51,438 bases of DNA from an uncultured bacterium (GTDB lineage: Bacteria; Bacillota_I; Bacilli_A; RF39; UBA660). A program made the translations under genes and the position numbers. Below are positions 48,581 through 51,438 of this stretch, one piece after another; the first letter of the stretch is position 1; every line of letters starts with the position of its first letter. The stretch is from contig CAMODU010000003.1 of the NCBI GenBank assembly GCA_946611605.1, positions 1-51,438 on the forward strand, read 5' to 3'. Below the pieces are notes generated by a model. The model did no database searches and had not been told where the DNA came from. It saw only the letters and a program-made list of their open reading frames with translations.

Positions 48581-49270
48581 TTAATTATTGAAAAATTCGT
48601 TAAACTTATCTTCTTGATCTTTTAATACTTCATCAGATAATTCATCAAATGCACCTTCAAGTTTATCAGATCTCATAGATACATATTTAACTGCTTTACC
48701 ATCTTTAAAGAAGAATACATCACCACCATATAATCTCTTTTCACCTATATTATATGTAGTATCATCTTTAGTAATAGTATAATCTTGTGCAAAATCATTT
48801 ACATATTCAAGTATTTCCATATATGCAGGATTACCTTCTCTTGTTAATTTAAATGATATTTCTTTATTACTATCATCTAATTCATATAAATCTCTTAATA
48901 TTTCATTATGGTCATCATCCCAGAAATCTATATAATAAATATCTTGAATTTTTCTTTTAATAGATACATTAGTAAATTTTTCTAATCCTGATCTGCACCA
49001 TGGACATAAAGGATCTCCTATGTATACATAGAATGTTTCTTTATTATGTATCTTATCTAAGATATCAGTATCAGTAGTTTTAATAAATGGATTTTGATCA
49101 GATATATTTAATGTTCTATATATCTTATCTCCCTTAGCAGGTTTACCATTTAATGCTTCATATTCATTCTTGAAATCTATTGCACTTTGCCTAGCTTCTT
49201 TCTTAGTACATCCTGTAATAGTAAATAATCCTAACATAATTAATAACACAAGTAATAACTTTCTTTTCAC
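48581..49270 (-). CDS. Thioredoxin-fold lipoprotein (CPWC)
   Basis: GTG start after GGAGG, lipobox ITGC, YIG...CPWC, FFKDGK.V. Confidence 0.8.
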   Translation of the reverse strand: MKRKLLLVLLIMLGLFTITGCTKKEARQSAIDFKNEYEALNGKPAKGDKIYRTLNISDQNPFIKTTDTDILDKIHNKETFYVYIGDPLCPWCRSGLEKFTNVSIKRKIQDIYYIDFWDDDHNEILRDLYELDDSNKEISFKLTREGNPAYMEILEYVNDFAQDYTITKDDTTYNIGEKRLYGGDVFFFKDGKAVKYVSMRSDKLEGAFDELSDEVLKDQEDKFNEFFNN

Positions 49271-49363
49271 AATTTCCCTCCTCGTCATTACAAGTTTATT
49301 ATATATAATAAAAACAACTAATAAAATAAATTACTAGTTGAATTAACTAAACTATAGGTTGAG

Positions 49364-50038
49364 TTAACATTCATCATCTAAATGCAAAGGTATATCATAT
49401 GATGTAGTCTTATTACCTTCCTTAGCTTCTATAGATAATTTTAATGTATCACCTTTATATAATTTACATGATTGCTCATAATGGTCTGCTTTAATTTTTA
49501 TTTCTTTTAAATAATCTTCTAACTTAATATCATTCTTAGTATCACATTCATATATTACTTTATCATTTTCATATAATTTACAAGTAAGACTATCATATTT
49601 ATTAACATCATCACCACCACAGTAATTAATGTTAGAAATATATATAGAAGAATTATTCTTATCATATGCAACACTTCCTGTAACATTAAAAGCATCACAT
49701 GTAGTTGTTAATGTTTTAAATTTAAATGATTTATTACTATTAATACAATATACAAATATTTCAAATATTAATAATAGTAATATAGGTATTATAAATAACC
49801 ATTTATAATTCTTTTTCTTCTTATTAACAATATGATTACCATCTAAGAAATCATTTACATCTAAATTATAATCATTACATATTTCTTTTATTAATGATAT
49901 ATCAGGAAGATTAGTTCCATTTTCCCATTTAGACACAGCTTGATATGTTACACCATATTTATCAGCTAAATCTTTTTGAGTTAAACCATTCTTCTTTCTT
50001 AAATCTTTAATTAGGTTACCTACTTTTCTAGGATCCAT
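49364..50038 (-). CDS. Membrane-anchored XRE-family HTH regulator
   Basis: LTQKDLA..GVTYQAVSKWENG..PD, then a TM helix and a Cys-containing external domain. Confidence 0.88.
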   Translation of the reverse strand: MDPRKVGNLIKDLRKKNGLTQKDLADKYGVTYQAVSKWENGTNLPDISLIKEICNDYNLDVNDFLDGNHIVNKKKKNYKWLFIIPILLLLIFEIFVYCINSNKSFKFKTLTTTCDAFNVTGSVAYDKNNSSIYISNINYCGGDDVNKYDSLTCKLYENDKVIYECDTKNDIKLEDYLKEIKIKADHYEQSCKLYKGDTLKLSIEAKEGNKTTSYDIPLHLDDEC

Positions 50039-50091
50039 ATTAACCACCTATTAATATTATACAAAAAGAAAGAAACAAAATAAATTGTTTC

Positions 50092-50622
50092 TTACTTATT
50101 AAATATTTTTAATTTAGGTAATTCTATTTCTTTATCTTCTTTATAACCAGTTATTTTCTTTAATGATCTAATTTCTTGAACTAATATATATAAATTAGTT
50201 CCTTCTATAAATGATAAAGATGAAATAAATGCAAATAGTAATAATGATGATAATAATAATATATAGTTACCCATGAATAATGATCCTAATACACATGCAA
50301 ATGATAAACATAACATAAGTATACTTGCAAGTAATACAAATAATCTTACATTAGATTCATTTTCATATGCATCTATCTTTCTTGCTATTTCAACTTTAGA
50401 TCTAACAATTACTTGGTCTAATCTTTTTATATTGTTTTGATTATTTTCAACTATTCTAGTTCTACCTATATTAGATTTAACTTCAATATGATTTTCATCT
50501 TGTATACAATATGAAACAACATATTTATCAATCTTATGATTATAATAATCATTCTTTTTGTTAATCATATCTTGATATAAATCTTCAACAGTAGAAAATA
50601 ATTTACGTTTAAACAATTCCAT
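50092..50622 (-). CDS. Hypothetical two-TM membrane protein
   Basis: Start MELFKRK after AAGGGGTG; C-terminal hydrophobic hairpin. Confidence 0.65.
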   Translation of the reverse strand: MELFKRKLFSTVEDLYQDMINKKNDYYNHKIDKYVVSYCIQDENHIEVKSNIGRTRIVENNQNNIKRLDQVIVRSKVEIARKIDAYENESNVRLFVLLASILMLCLSFACVLGSLFMGNYILLLSSLLLFAFISSLSFIEGTNLYILVQEIRSLKKITGYKEDKEIELPKLKIFNK

Positions 50623-50680
50623 ACCAATACACCCCTTGAAATTAGGTGTTATTATACAACAAAAAAGGATTATGTGCAAA

Positions 50681-50953
50681 TTACATAACCCTTGAAATAT
50701 ATAACATATAAGCTGTAAATATAGCTGATATTAAGGAACCAATTATACATAATATATAACCTAATTTTATTTGTTTCTTTACCTCATAGTAAGTAACAGA
50801 TAAACACATACCTAATATACCAAATACTATACCAAATAATCCTAATGGACTAACTGCTATAGATACAATACCTAAAGCAATAGATAATCCATTATAAACT
50901 ACTAAATCTTTTTCGGATAAGTTATATTTGTTATCGGTCTTCTTTTCTCTCAT
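50681..50953 (-). CDS. Small membrane protein (DUF4190-like)
   Basis: SIALGIVSI...G....GILG...GYILCIIG pattern. Confidence 0.6.
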   Translation of the reverse strand: MREKKTDNKYNLSEKDLVVYNGLSIALGIVSIAVSPLGLFGIVFGILGMCLSVTYYEVKKQIKLGYILCIIGSLISAIFTAYMLYISRVM

Positions 50954-50964
50954 ATAATTCCCTC

Positions 50965-51360
50965 TTATTCATTTACTAATTTATCTAATACAGCATTAAT
51001 CATTTTACGTACATTATCATCAGAATACTTCTTAGCTAATTCAATAGCTTCATTAATAACTACTAAATCAGGTGTATCCATATATTTTAATTCATATATT
51101 GCCATTCTTAATATAGATCTACCCATAGAATCTAATCTATCAATAGTCCAATCATTTAAATATGAATTAGCTAATTTATCAATATCATTCATATATGTTG
51201 TTGTACCATATACCATATCTTTAACAAATTCATTATCAATATCTAAATTTTCATGTATAACATCATCTATATTATATTCTATTTTATTCTTAGCATATAA
51301 TTCTATTTGATATAAAATAGTCATAACTTTTTCTCTTAATTCAGATCTTGTTATCGCCAT
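50965..51360 (-). CDS. nusB: Transcription antitermination factor NusB
   Basis: RSELRE....LYQ, W..DRL, ILRMAIYE, INEAIELAK.Y, NAVLD. Confidence 0.95.
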   Translation of the reverse strand: MAITRSELREKVMTILYQIELYAKNKIEYNIDDVIHENLDIDNEFVKDMVYGTTTYMNDIDKLANSYLNDWTIDRLDSMGRSILRMAIYELKYMDTPDLVVINEAIELAKKYSDDNVRKMINAVLDKLVNE

Positions 51361-51438
51361 ATTTCTCACTCATTTCATATAAGATTATAACATAATTATT
51401 TCTTAGTATCTATTATTTTAGTATTAGATATATAATCT

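Noticed and set aside
1-51438. Alternative genetic code (TGA=Trp or Arg-codon reassignment, as reported in some uncultured Bacilli)
   Set aside because: Conserved proteins translate full-length under code 11, TGA ends the Y-polymerase at its expected C-terminus, and the few AGG codons checked fit Arg. Rare codons were not tested exhaustively.

Overview
Very AT-rich chromosomal segment from a Bacillota genome. Gene content and compact intergenic architecture suggest an uncultured, genome-reduced Bacilli lineage (RF39-like; inference). It uses the standard code 11 and is mostly minus-strand. Housekeeping content: priA (partial), a DinB/UvrX-YolD SOS cassette, tRNA-Ala, ftsE-ftsX-M23-cdsA-rseP, rmuC, lepA, nrdD-dut, hrcA-grpE-dnaK-pepF-dnaJ, rnc-smc, tRNA-Ser, htpG and nusB. 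These are interspersed with orphan surface or membrane proteins. I saw no integrase, transposase, reverse transcriptase or CRISPR array. Highlights: (1) a 64-aa, 16-Cys, His-free, acidic metallothionein-like gene coupled to htpG under CIRCE control; (2) an unusual HrcA regulon with pepF inside the dnaK operon, an orphan MazE-like gene at its end, and tandem CIRCEs; (3) a 2370-aa surface protein with a PASTA domain before its TM helix and two glycine-rich adhesin-like heads; (4) a tRNA-Ala with C at the near-invariant U33; (5) a ZnuA-like lipoprotein lacking its metal-binding histidines; (6) a Cys-free Crp/Fnr regulator with a perfect palindrome divergent from nrdD.
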